Source: an uncultured Actinomycetes bacterium (GTDB lineage: Bacteria; Actinomycetota; Actinomycetes; S36-B12; CAIYMF01). Taken from it: a DNA stretch of 32,000 nt. Location of the stretch: NCBI GenBank assembly GCA_963843975.1, contig CAWJMG010000001.1, forward strand, positions 660,001 through 692,000, given 5' to 3'. Shown in pieces: positions 14,289 to 21,807 of this stretch. How positions within the stretch are numbered: position 1 is the first letter of the stretch; every line of letters begins with the position of its first letter. The notes beneath the pieces were generated by a model. It was not told the DNA's origin and made no database searches. It saw only the letters and a program-made list of their open reading frames with translations. A program made the position numbers and the translations under genes.

Positions 14289-15510
14289 TCAGCCCTTGAG
14301 GCCGCTGCTTGCGACGTTCTCGACGAACGAGCGCTGGGCGAGCAGGAACACCGTGATCGGAGGCAGCATCGCGATCATGACGCCGGCGAGCACGAGGTTC
14401 GCGTTGTCGGCCGCGCGACCGCCGAGGGTCGACAGCGCGACGGCGAGCACGTTGTTGTCGAGGTTGCCCGAGTCCAAGATGATCAACGGCCAGATGAACG
14501 AGTTCCACGCGTAGAGGAACGAGAACGTCGAGAGCGTCGCGATGGCGGGGATCGACAGCGGCACGAAGATCTGCCACAGGATGCGCCACCTCGAGGCGCC
14601 GTCGATGACCGCCGCCTCCTCGAGCTCCTTCGGGATCCCGACGAAGAACTGTCTCATCAGGAATGTTCCGTACGCCGTGAAGACGAACGGGATCACCAGG
14701 CTCACGAGGTCGTTGACCCAGCCGATCGTCACCATGAGGCGGTAGAGCGGGATGAGCAGGACGACGAACGGGATCATGATCGAGCCGAGGTAGAACAGGA
14801 ACAGCTTGTCGCGCCCGGCGAACTTGATCCGGGCGAAGGCGTAGCCGCCCATGATGCTCGTGAGCACCTGACCGACCACGACGAGGATCGTGATGAGCAC
14901 CGTGTTGGTCAGCGCGCGGTCGAGCGAGCTCGAGCTCCAGCACCTCGGTGTAGTTCTCGGTGCGCCACTGCACGCTCTCCGCCGGCACCGCGTTCGTGGA
15001 CGGAGCGAACACCGGTGGTGCGTTGGGGTTCGCGGGGTCGACGTACTGGTTCACGATGCGCGTGCGCTCGAGGTAGACCTCGACGGGCTCGCCGCCTGCC
15101 GGCGTGTAGGTGAAGACATCCTTGGTCTCACCGTTGATGTCCACCGTCGTGCCGGTGGGTGTCACCTGGTCCTCCTTGGCGAACACGACCTCCTCGCCGG
15201 TCGCGACGCTGCGGTACTCGCCGGCCGACAGACCGCCTGCGACCTGTGCGAGCTCCTGCGAGGTGCTGCCCACCGTGACGGTGAAGACGGGCACCTGCTC
15301 GCCGTCGATCTGCGTCGTCGTCGGCTGGTAGGGCAGCAGGCGCGGCGGGTAGGTGTTGATGTCCTCGGCGGTCTTGAACGAGCCGAGGAACGCCAGCAGG
15401 AACGGGATCAGCACCAGCAGGCCGGCGATGCCGAGGATGAGGTAGACCGAGGCGCGGGCCGACTTCTCCTTGGCACCACGGGCCTTGCGGCGCGTCGACG
15501 GACCGGACAT
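14289..15510 (-). pseudogene. Carbohydrate ABC transporter permease (CUT1, MalG-like) with a large TM1-TM2 loop insert; reading frame broken by an apparent +1 frameshift near 14921-14940
   Basis: The N-terminal part runs in the frame of track ORF 13933..15954 from ATG 15510: MSGPSTRRKARGAKEKSARASVYLILGIAGLLVLIPFLLAFLGSF...VQWRTENYTEVLEL. The C-terminal part runs in the frame of ORF 14289..14900, which stays open upstream as ...SSSSLDRALTNTVLITILVVVGQVLTSIMGGYAFARIKFAGRDKLF...EAAVIDGASRWRILWQIFVPL (EAA loop). The junction lies inside GAGCTCGAGCTCGCTCGAC. ATG overlaps the upstream permease stop (ATGA). Confidence 0.8.
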
Positions 15511-17174
15511 CAGGAGCCCTCCACTTCCGCGCGCTGACGGCGGAACTGGGCCAGCGTGAAGATGAAGATGAAGATGAACAGCACCCAGGCCACCGCGGAC
15601 GCCAGTCCGAACGCGTTCTGCTGGAAGCCGAGCTGGTAGAGGTAGACGACCGGTGTGAGCGTCGCGTTGTTCGGGAAGCCCACCGGGTTCGGCTGGTTCA
15701 GCGCGTACACGATGTCGAAGAGCTGCAGACAGAGGATGACGGTCGTCGCGGTGACGAAGAACGTCGTCGAGCGCAGCGACGGCAGCGTGACGTTGCGGAA
15801 GCGCTGCCACGCGTTGGCGCCGTCGAGCTCCGCCGCCTCGTAGAGCTCCTTGCTGATCGACTGCAGACCCGCGGAGAACAGCACGGTGTTGAAGCCGAAC
15901 TGCGCCCACGAGAAGACGATGACGACCGTGATCAGCGCGATCGAGGGCATCCACCAGTAGTCAGGGAGGCCGAACGGCGCCGACGGGTCGGACAGCCAGC
16001 CGATCTCGACCTGCTCCGGGAGCGGGTCGCCCGGGAGCACGTTGTTGATCCACTGGCCCCAGGTGCCCAGCACCCAGTTGATCGTGCCGCTCTGCGCGTT
16101 GAACAGGCGCTTCCAGATGAGCGTGACGCCGATGACGCCGGCGACGCTGGGCACGAAGAACACGGCCCGGAAGAGCTTCACGCCCGGGTAGTTCGTGTGG
16201 ATGAGCACGGCGAGGATCAGCGCGCTCACGACCGACAGCGGAACGGCCAGGATCATGAACCAGAAGATGTTGCTCAGCGACTTGTGGAACAGCGGGTCGG
16301 TGACCGTCGTCGCGTAGTTCTGCAGCCCGATGAAGGTGGGCGAGGTGAGGCCGTCCCACTTGAAGAACGAGATGACGAGCGAGAACGCCAGCGGGAAGGC
16401 GAAGAACGCGAGGAACCCCACGAGGTTCGGCGACAGGTAGAGCCAGCCGACCATGCGGTCGGCCTGCTTGGCCGTCGCCTGGAAGTGCAGCGCCGCCGCC
16501 TGCGACCACATGATGCGCGCGGCGAGGATGCTTCCGACCGTGACGAGCAGGTAAGCGACCGCCTGGATGGGCGAGGTGCGGGCGTTGTCGAGGATGTACG
16601 TGATGCCCGCGGGGATGTCGATCATCACGAGCCACCACAGGCCGCCGATCGCGGCGGCGAGAAGGCCGAGCCGGCCGAGCCACATCGCGGCCGCGGCGGC
16701 CGGGCTGCCCTCGCCGACGCGCTTCTCGATGCGCCGCGCGATGACCCACCACGCGATGCCGACGCCGACGATGACCAGCTGCCAGAACGCCTTCTGGAAG
16801 GCACCGGCGAACAGGTCGAGACCCTCGTACAGCCCGAGGACCTCGGCGAGCAGCGCCACGGAGCCGAGGATCGTGGCGTACAGCAGCGTGAAGCTCACGC
16901 CGCGGGCCACGTGGCGACCGCGGGCGATGAGCAGCACCGCGAGCAGGTTGCCGATGAGGCCGAGGGCGCCGATGGCGCCGAGCGCGCTGCGCGGGAGCGA
17001 CTCGAGCTTCCAGGCGCCGTTCGCGATGTTCAGGAGGATGTAGACGCACCCCAGTGCGAGCAGGAGGTGCCAGGCCTGGACGAGTCGCAGGCGGCCCGTG
17101 AAGCCGCTGGGCTCCACCGGAGGTTCGGGGATCGCGGGGGTGGTGTCCACCGCGGGCGGTGCGGCTGTGCTCAT
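15510..17174 (-). CDS. Carbohydrate ABC transporter permease (CUT1, MalF-like) with a ~240-aa, ~6-TM N-terminal extension
   Basis: The core begins at ...MVGWLYLSPNLVGFLAFFAFPLAFSLVISFFKWDGL...LYEAAELDGANAWQRFRNVTLPSL (EAA motif). About 240 aa with six hydrophobic segments precede it (LVQAWHLLLALGCVYILLNIA, ALGAIGALGLIGNLLAVLLIA, VSFTLLYATILGSVALLAEVLGLY, FWQLVIVGVGIAWWVIA, MWLGRLGLLAAAIGGLWWLVMI, IQAVAYLLVTVGSILAARIMW). Start taken at ATG 17174; GTG 17243 is an alternative. Confidence 0.85.
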   Translation of the reverse strand: MSTAAPPAVDTTPAIPEPPVEPSGFTGRLRLVQAWHLLLALGCVYILLNIANGAWKLESLPRSALGAIGALGLIGNLLAVLLIARGRHVARGVSFTLLYATILGSVALLAEVLGLYEGLDLFAGAFQKAFWQLVIVGVGIAWWVIARRIEKRVGEGSPAAAAAMWLGRLGLLAAAIGGLWWLVMIDIPAGITYILDNARTSPIQAVAYLLVTVGSILAARIMWSQAAALHFQATAKQADRMVGWLYLSPNLVGFLAFFAFPLAFSLVISFFKWDGLTSPTFIGLQNYATTVTDPLFHKSLSNIFWFMILAVPLSVVSALILAVLIHTNYPGVKLFRAVFFVPSVAGVIGVTLIWKRLFNAQSGTINWVLGTWGQWINNVLPGDPLPEQVEIGWLSDPSAPFGLPDYWWMPSIALITVVIVFSWAQFGFNTVLFSAGLQSISKELYEAAELDGANAWQRFRNVTLPSLRSTTFFVTATTVILCLQLFDIVYALNQPNPVGFPNNATLTPVVYLYQLGFQQNAFGLASAVAWVLFIFIFIFTLAQFRRQRAEVEGS

Positions 17175-17310
17175 GGGAGGTCCCTGAGTCGAGGCGTGCG
17201 CGGGAGCGGGAGGGGGGCGGCGCGGACGGGCGCCGTCGAACACACCCTCGAGCGGGGTAACCGGTCCCGCGTGCGTCGTCGCGCGCCGGGACTACCAGGT
17301 CTGAGGGGCG

Positions 17311-17344
17311 TCGCGGGGGTGGGTCGTACGACCCACCCCCGCGA
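17311..17344. other. 34-bp perfect palindrome (intercistronic hairpin between SBP and permease genes)
   Basis: TCGCGGGGGTGGGTCGT (17311-17327) / ACGACCCACCCCCGCGA (17328-17344). It lies 22 nt downstream of the SBP stop on the minus-strand transcript. Confidence 0.6.
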
Positions 17345-17365
17345 GCCTGTCGTGCGGGGTGGTGC

Positions 17366-18718
17366 CTACTTGAAGGCGCCGGCGTCCACGGTGGCCTTGC
17401 ACACGGTCGACTTGTACTCGTCGAGCGTGATCTGGCCGTTCATGAGCGCGTTGATCTTGTCGTTGCTGGCCTTGTCGAACGCGGGCCAGTTGCCCTTCCA
17501 GAGCGGGCCCTCGGCGACCGGGTCGTTGATGATCCCGTCGGCGAACGCCTGGTTGTTGGCGGGCGGCGTGAAGGTGAGGAACTTGGCGATCACGTCGTCA
17601 CCCTTGCGGGACGGGATGTTCGCGCCGAGCTCGGAGATCTGGCCCTGGACCTCTGCCGAGGTGAGCTCCTGGACGAGCTTCACCGCTGCCTCGGGGTTGG
17701 CGGTCTTCGCGTTGACGACGTACGCGCCCCAGAAGAGCCAGTCCTTGCCGGGAGCAGCACCCGTGGGCAGCGGCGCGACGTCCCAGTTGAAGTCCTTGAT
17801 CTCACGGCTGCCGGGGGTGGCCCAGCGACCGTTCATGAACATCCCGACCGTGCCGCCCTTGAAGGGGGGCTCGCCGTCCTCACCGAACTTGACGGTGCTG
17901 CCGGAGTCGTAGAGGTCCTTGAAGAACTTCATGCCCGCGACCGACTCGGCCGAGTCGAGGTTGCACGACGTGCGGTCCTCGCTGAAGAACGAGCCGCCGG
18001 CCGAGTTGATGAAGTAGCCGTAGTTGGCCCACCACGAGTTGGCGGCGAAGCCCTTGACGCCCTTGCCACCGTCCTTGGTGATCTTGGCCGAGACCTCGGC
18101 GAACTTGTCCCAGGTCCACTGGCCGTTCTTCGCCAGCTCGATCGGGTTCTCAGCGCCGGCCTTGTCGATCAGGTCGAGGTTGAGGTAGAGCGCGAACGTC
18201 GAGACGTCGCGCGGGATGCCCCAGAGGAACCCGTCGGCGGGCTGGCCCGAGGCCGGGTCGACGGTCAGCGAGGCGATGGGGCCCTCGTAGAAGTCGGTGG
18301 GGTTGAGACCAGCGGTCTTCGCCTGGTCGGCGAAGTTGAGGATGAGGCCGGCCTTCGCGAAGTCCGCGATGTCGGTGCCGGGGATCCAGAACACGTCGGG
18401 GGCGGTGCCCGCGCCGAGCTCGGTCTTGAGCTTGTCCTGGTAGGGCGAGCCCTCGGAGTTGCCGGCCTCGTAGGTCAGGTTGAGCCCGATCCCCTTGGCG
18501 GTGATGGCGTCCGAGATGCCCTTGTAGACATCGGCCTCGGCCTGGTTGTCCGGGCGGGTACGCCAACGCAGGTCGACGGCCGTGACCGCCGTCTCGCTGG
18601 CAGATGCGGTCGGCGACGCACTGCCGCTCGAACCGCCGTCGTTGCTCGTACTGGCACAGGCGCTCAGAAGCAGTGCCGTTCCGAGCGGCAGGATCACCAG
18701 TGACTTGCGAATCCGCAT
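17366..18718 (-). CDS. Sugar ABC transporter substrate-binding lipoprotein (family 1 extracellular SBP)
   Basis: Track ORF trimmed to ATG 18718, preceded by GAGGAG at 6 nt. MRIRKSLVILPLGTALLLSAC lipobox, a Ser/Gly/Ala linker, then the SBP_bac_1-type body (...GTAPDVFWIPGTDIADFAKAGLILNF...GIPRDVSTFALYLNLDLIDKAG...). 450 aa. Confidence 0.9.
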   Translation of the reverse strand: MRIRKSLVILPLGTALLLSACASTSNDGGSSGSASPTASASETAVTAVDLRWRTRPDNQAEADVYKGISDAITAKGIGLNLTYEAGNSEGSPYQDKLKTELGAGTAPDVFWIPGTDIADFAKAGLILNFADQAKTAGLNPTDFYEGPIASLTVDPASGQPADGFLWGIPRDVSTFALYLNLDLIDKAGAENPIELAKNGQWTWDKFAEVSAKITKDGGKGVKGFAANSWWANYGYFINSAGGSFFSEDRTSCNLDSAESVAGMKFFKDLYDSGSTVKFGEDGEPPFKGGTVGMFMNGRWATPGSREIKDFNWDVAPLPTGAAPGKDWLFWGAYVVNAKTANPEAAVKLVQELTSAEVQGQISELGANIPSRKGDDVIAKFLTFTPPANNQAFADGIINDPVAEGPLWKGNWPAFDKASNDKINALMNGQITLDEYKSTVCKATVDAGAFK

Positions 18719-18809
18719 GCGCACTCCTCGTTGTACTTGCTGTGTCGTCGCCCGCACGCGGTCGACGTTCCCCCCACGGGCCGGGTGGCTCGCGGGTGTG
18801 GTGCTGACA

Positions 18810-18836
18810 GGGCGGCGATCCCGAGTGGCGCCGCCC
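18810..18836 (-). terminator. Stem-loop between deoR-type regulator and SBP gene
   Basis: GGGCGGCG (18810-18817) / CGCCGCCC (18829-18836): an 8-bp stem with an 11-nt loop, 7 nt past the regulator stop. May be only a partial terminator. Confidence 0.35.
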
Positions 18837-18842
18837 TCCGGC

Positions 18843-19697
18843 CTATCCGACGACGTCGACGGACAGACCGGCCGATCGGATGTTGGCCACGACGTCGGGG
18901 TCGGCCCCGGAGTCGGTGACCAGGTGGTCGACATCGACGAGGTCGCACACCCGCGCGACCTCGATCTCGCCGAGCTTGGTGCCGTCGGCGACGACGACGG
19001 ATCGGCGGGTGGCCGCGACCATCGCACGCTTGATCTCGCCCTCGGCGACGTTGCGGTTGGTGACCCCGCCACGCACGTCGACGCCGTTGCAGCCGATGAA
19101 CGCGAGGTGCGCCGACAGGCGCTCGAGCAGGAGGGTGGCGTAGGGGTTGACCAGCGAGTGCTGGAGCGGGCGCACGGTGCCGCCCGCGACGATGATCGAG
19201 ATACGACCGGCGACGGCCGCAGGCTCGAGCAGCAGCGCGATGTTGAGGGCGTTGGTCACCACGGTGACGTCGCCGAGGTCGGTGCGGTCGCGCAGGGCCT
19301 GGGCGATGGCCGTGGTCGTGGACCCGACGTCCAGGAGGACGACGTCGCCGCGCGACACCATCGACGCGCAGCGCTGGCCGATCGCCTGCTTCTGACGGGC
19401 CGCCACGGCGGCCGCTGCCTCCAGCGGCTGCTCCGGCACGCCCGCGCCGCTCGCGACCGCCCCGCCGCGCACGCGGCGGACGAGCCCCGCCGACTCGAGC
19501 GCGGTGAGGTCGGAGCGGACCGTGACGGTGGAGACGCCGAACCGGTCGGCGAGATCGGTGACCCGGAGGAACCCCTCGGCCTCGACCAGCTCCGCGGTGC
19601 GCATCTGGCGCAGCTCGGCGGGGACGCCCTGCTCCTCGCGCTGCGGGACCGCAGCGAGCGCGGCGGAGGTGGTGGGGGTCACATCCGGAACCTTCAC
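18843..19697 (-). CDS. DeoR/GlpR family transcriptional regulator
   Basis: HTH: RTAELVEAEGFLRVTDLADRFGVSTVTVRSDLTALESAGLVRRVRGGA. The DeoR C-terminal sugar-phosphate-binding domain follows (...VLLDVGSTTTAIAQAL...TVVTNALNIALLL...FIGCNGVD...). Start at GTG 19697 (AAGGAA upstream) or GTG 19682; the longer track ORF start (19862) is unlikely. Confidence 0.85.
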   Translation of the reverse strand: MKVPDVTPTTSAALAAVPQREEQGVPAELRQMRTAELVEAEGFLRVTDLADRFGVSTVTVRSDLTALESAGLVRRVRGGAVASGAGVPEQPLEAAAAVAARQKQAIGQRCASMVSRGDVVLLDVGSTTTAIAQALRDRTDLGDVTVVTNALNIALLLEPAAVAGRISIIVAGGTVRPLQHSLVNPYATLLLERLSAHLAFIGCNGVDVRGGVTNRNVAEGEIKRAMVAATRRSVVVADGTKLGEIEVARVCDLVDVDHLVTDSGADPDVVANIRSAGLSVDVVG

Positions 19698-19720
19698 TTG
19701 TTTTCGTTCCTTTTGCAAGA

Positions 19721-19750
19721 GGTTCGAAAGAAGTCCGTAACGAACCGTTA
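19721..19750. promoter_or_regulatory. Inverted repeats in the AT-rich region upstream of the DeoR gene (candidate operator/promoter)
   Basis: GGTTCG (19721-19726) ... CGAACC (19741-19746), overlapping TAACG-aac-CGTTA (19738-19750). This is the locally lowest-GC stretch (19690-19755). Confidence 0.3.
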
Positions 19751-19984
19751 TGAAGACGAGACAAAGCCGCCACAGGCCTGCAACGGCCCTTCCGCGGCTG
19801 ATCGAAGGCAAGCGCGCGGGCGCGCGCGACGACCACCGCTCCGAACCGGAGGCGGGTAGCACGGAGGCGGCGGCCCGGACGGAAGTGGTGGCGGCGAGCC
19901 GGATTTGGCATCATTGGCACTCGACGCCCGCGAGTGCCAGACGGCAGCGGGCGTCGTGCCGAACCGAAGGCCGAGGAGACGACC

Positions 19985-20341
19985 GTGCCCACCTACCAGT
20001 ACTCGTGCACCGCCTGTGGCGAGCCCCTGGAGGTCGTGCAGAAGTTCAGCGACGACGCGCTCACCGTGTGCCCGGCCTGCGGCGGCCAGCTGCGCAAGCT
20101 CTACAACGCCGTCGGCATCGTGTTCAAGGGCTCGGGCTTCTACCGCACCGACAGCCGCTCCGGCTCCTCCTCGACCGTGCCCGCGAGCGGTTCGTCGTCG
20201 AGCGGCGCGGGGTCCGACTCGGGCCCCTCCTCGACGCCCTCGACGCCGTCCACCTCGGGCGACTCCTCCGGCGGCTCGTCGTCGGGCGGCTCGTCGTCGG
20301 GCGGGTCGACCTCCGGCGGCACCTCGGGGTCTGCCGCCTGA
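19985..20341 (+). CDS. FmdB/CxxC_CxxC_SSSS family zinc-ribbon protein with Ser/Gly-rich disordered tail (Rv0991c/Ruc-like)
   Basis: GTG 19985 is preceded by GAGGAG. VPTYQYSCTACGEPLEVVQKFSDDALTVCPACGGQLRKLYNAVGIVFKGSGFYRTDSR, then SGSSSTVPASGSSSSGAGSDSGPSSTPSTPSTSGDSSGGSSSGGSSSGGSTSGGTSGSAA. Contains a 15-bp perfect tandem GGCGGCTCGTCGTCG x2 (20270-20299). Confidence 0.85.
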   Translation: MPTYQYSCTACGEPLEVVQKFSDDALTVCPACGGQLRKLYNAVGIVFKGSGFYRTDSRSGSSSTVPASGSSSSGAGSDSGPSSTPSTPSTSGDSSGGSSSGGSSSGGSTSGGTSGSAA

Positions 20342-20392
20342 GCCTGTGGACAGCCGCGGCGGACCTGCCGCGCCAGTCCCTACCGTCGCGGG

Positions 20393-21084
20393 GTGCGCCT
20401 CCCCGCTCCGGCCCCGCCCCTCGTCCCCGGCCGACCGCCCCTGTGGCGCCGACGCCTCCACCGCCACCGTCGGCCCCTCCTCGCCCTGCTCGCCGGGCTG
20501 CTCGTCTGGTCGCTGACCGCAGCCCTGCGCCCCGCAGACCCTGCACGGGTGCCTGTCGTCGTCGCGGCCCGCGACCTCGCACCCGGTACGACGGTGACCC
20601 CCGACGACCTGGTCGTGGCGGACGTGCCGGAGCAGGCCCGCTCGGTCGACTCGACCGCAGACCCGACCACACTGGTCGGCCGTCGCGTCGTCGTCCCCCT
20701 GCTCGCCGGTGACGCAGTGCTCGCGCGGCACCTGCTCACCGCCAGCCTCCTCGCGGGCTACGGCGCCGGCACCGTCGCGACGCCGCTGCGGCTCGCCGAC
20801 GCCTCCGCCCTCGCCCTGCTTCGCCCGGGCGATCTGGTCGACGTCATCGCCGCCTCGTCCGTGGGTGCAGCGGGTGCGGCGTCCGACAGCGCGACCGTCG
20901 TCGCCTCCCGCGTGCGCGTCCTGCTGGCGGGCACCGCCGCCGCTTCGGGGCTGGTGGCCTGCTGTCGGCGCAGTCGGGGGACGCACCGCCGTCGGTCGTG
21001 CTGGCCACGACCTCGGCCCAGGCGCTCGAGATCGCACGCGCTGCAGTCGGTTCGCGACTCAGCGTGGTGCTGCGAGCAGAGTGA
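20393..21084 (+). pseudogene. SAF-domain protein (CpaB/RcpC-like N-terminus), reading frame broken by an apparent -1 frameshift near the G4 run 20947-20950
   Basis: From GTG 20393: TM helix LLALLAGLLVWSLTAAL, then the SAF-like segment VPVVVAARDLAPGTTVTPDDLVVADVPE...LRPGDLVDVIAAS...SRVRVLLAGTAAAS. The same frame then degenerates to CCRRSRGTHRRRSCWPRPRP. The frame one back reads GAGGLLSAQSGDAPPSVVLATTSAQALEIARAAVGSRLSVVLRAE, stop 21082-21084. Confidence 0.65.
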
Positions 21085-21161
21085 TCTGACGGCGGTGTCC
21101 CTGCCCGTCAGCCTTCGCTAGGGTCCCTGCCGTACGGGGCGGACTGATGGAGGGACACATC

Positions 21162-21539
21162 ATGGTCAAGGGCTTCCGCGACTTCCTCATGCGAGGCAAC
21201 GTCGTCGATCTCGCTGTAGCCGTCGTGATCGGCGCGGCGTTCGGCGCAGTGATCAAGGCATTCACGGACGGACTGCTCAACCCGCTCATCGCGGCGATCT
21301 TCGGCAAGCCGAATCTCAACGAGGTGGGCACGTTCACGATCCGCGGCGCCGAGTTCAGCATCGGTGTGGTCCTGACCGCGCTGATCAACTTCGCGATCAT
21401 CGCAGCTGTCATCTACTTCTTCGTCGTCGTTCCGATGAACGCGATCAAGGCGCGGACGGCCAAGGAGGAGGAGGCCGAGACGGCCGAGGAGATCGTGCTG
21501 CTGCGCGAGATCCGCGACTCGCTCCAGCACAACCACTGA
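21162..21539 (+). CDS. mscL: Large-conductance mechanosensitive channel MscL
   Basis: MVKGFRDFLMRGNVVDLAVAVVIGAAFGAVIKAFTDGLLNPLI... is the canonical MscL N-terminus. GGAGGG lies 8 nt upstream of ATG 21162; the track ORF starts 5 codons earlier. Confidence 0.92.
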   Translation: MVKGFRDFLMRGNVVDLAVAVVIGAAFGAVIKAFTDGLLNPLIAAIFGKPNLNEVGTFTIRGAEFSIGVVLTALINFAIIAAVIYFFVVVPMNAIKARTAKEEEAETAEEIVLLREIRDSLQHNH

Positions 21540-21555
21540 TCGAGCGCACGATCCC

Positions 21556-21601
21556 GGAACCGCCGTACCGCGGGGCTCAGTCCCCGTGGTGCGGCGGTTT
21601 C
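21556..21601. terminator. Imperfect long stem-loop between convergent mscL and the small acidic protein gene
   Basis: GGAACCGCCGTACCGCGGGG / CCCCGTGGTGCGGCGGTTTC: about 20 bp with 3 mismatches. It overlaps the last codons of the minus-strand gene. Confidence 0.45.
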
Positions 21602-21795
21602 TCGTCGAGGTAGCGGCGCAGCGTCGCGGCGCTGTCGCCGGGCGGCGGTGAGCCGGTCGACCAGCCGTCGTCGAGGTCGTCGCCGGTCTGCTCGGGCACG
21701 AGGTCGACGTCGTCGAGCAGGCGTCGGCGCCGCTGCATCTCTGCCTCAACCTCCGCCTCGACCTCGGACGGCGTCTGCTCGGTCATGGCACCCAT
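21577..21795 (-). CDS. Small acidic conserved hypothetical protein (C-terminal ...DEKPPHHG motif)
   Basis: 72-aa ORF MGAMTEQTPSEVEAEVEAEMQRRRRLLDDVDLVPEQTGDDLDDGWS...LRRYLDEKPPHHGD, high GC3, starting 12 nt after the SBP stop. It resembles small acidic actinobacterial proteins ending in PPHH (recollection, not searched). Start is 21795 or 21786. Confidence 0.55.
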   Translation of the reverse strand: MGAMTEQTPSEVEAEVEAEMQRRRRLLDDVDLVPEQTGDDLDDGWSTGSPPPGDSAATLRRYLDEKPPHHGD

Positions 21796-21807
21796 GGTCG
21801 CACCGGC

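Noticed and set aside
13933-15954. 673-aa ORF spanning the end of one permease, all of the next and the intergenic terminators.
   Set aside because: It is a chimera. Only its middle segment (15510 to about 14935) is the real MalG-like N-terminus. The upstream part is an off-frame reading of the MalF-like gene, and the downstream part is junk that runs through the terminator hairpins.
19721-19750. GGTTCGAA-containing stretch resembling a tRNA T-arm.
   Set aside because: No acceptor stem, anticodon arm or D-arm can be built around it. It is better explained as inverted repeats in the deoR promoter region.
19905-19920. TTGGCA-N3-TTGGCAC resembling a sigma-54 -24/-12 element upstream of fmdB.
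   Set aside because: The spacing and second element do not fit TGGCAC-N5-TTGCW, and actinobacteria lack RpoN. The TGGCACTCG part instead forms a 9-bp hairpin with 19931-19939.
4048-19984. Calling the 16-kb inserted block a mobile genetic element or genomic island.
   Set aside because: It has no integrase, transposase, tRNA attachment site, flanking direct repeats or conjugation/phage genes. Composition looks like the flanks by eye. It is reported only as a synteny break.
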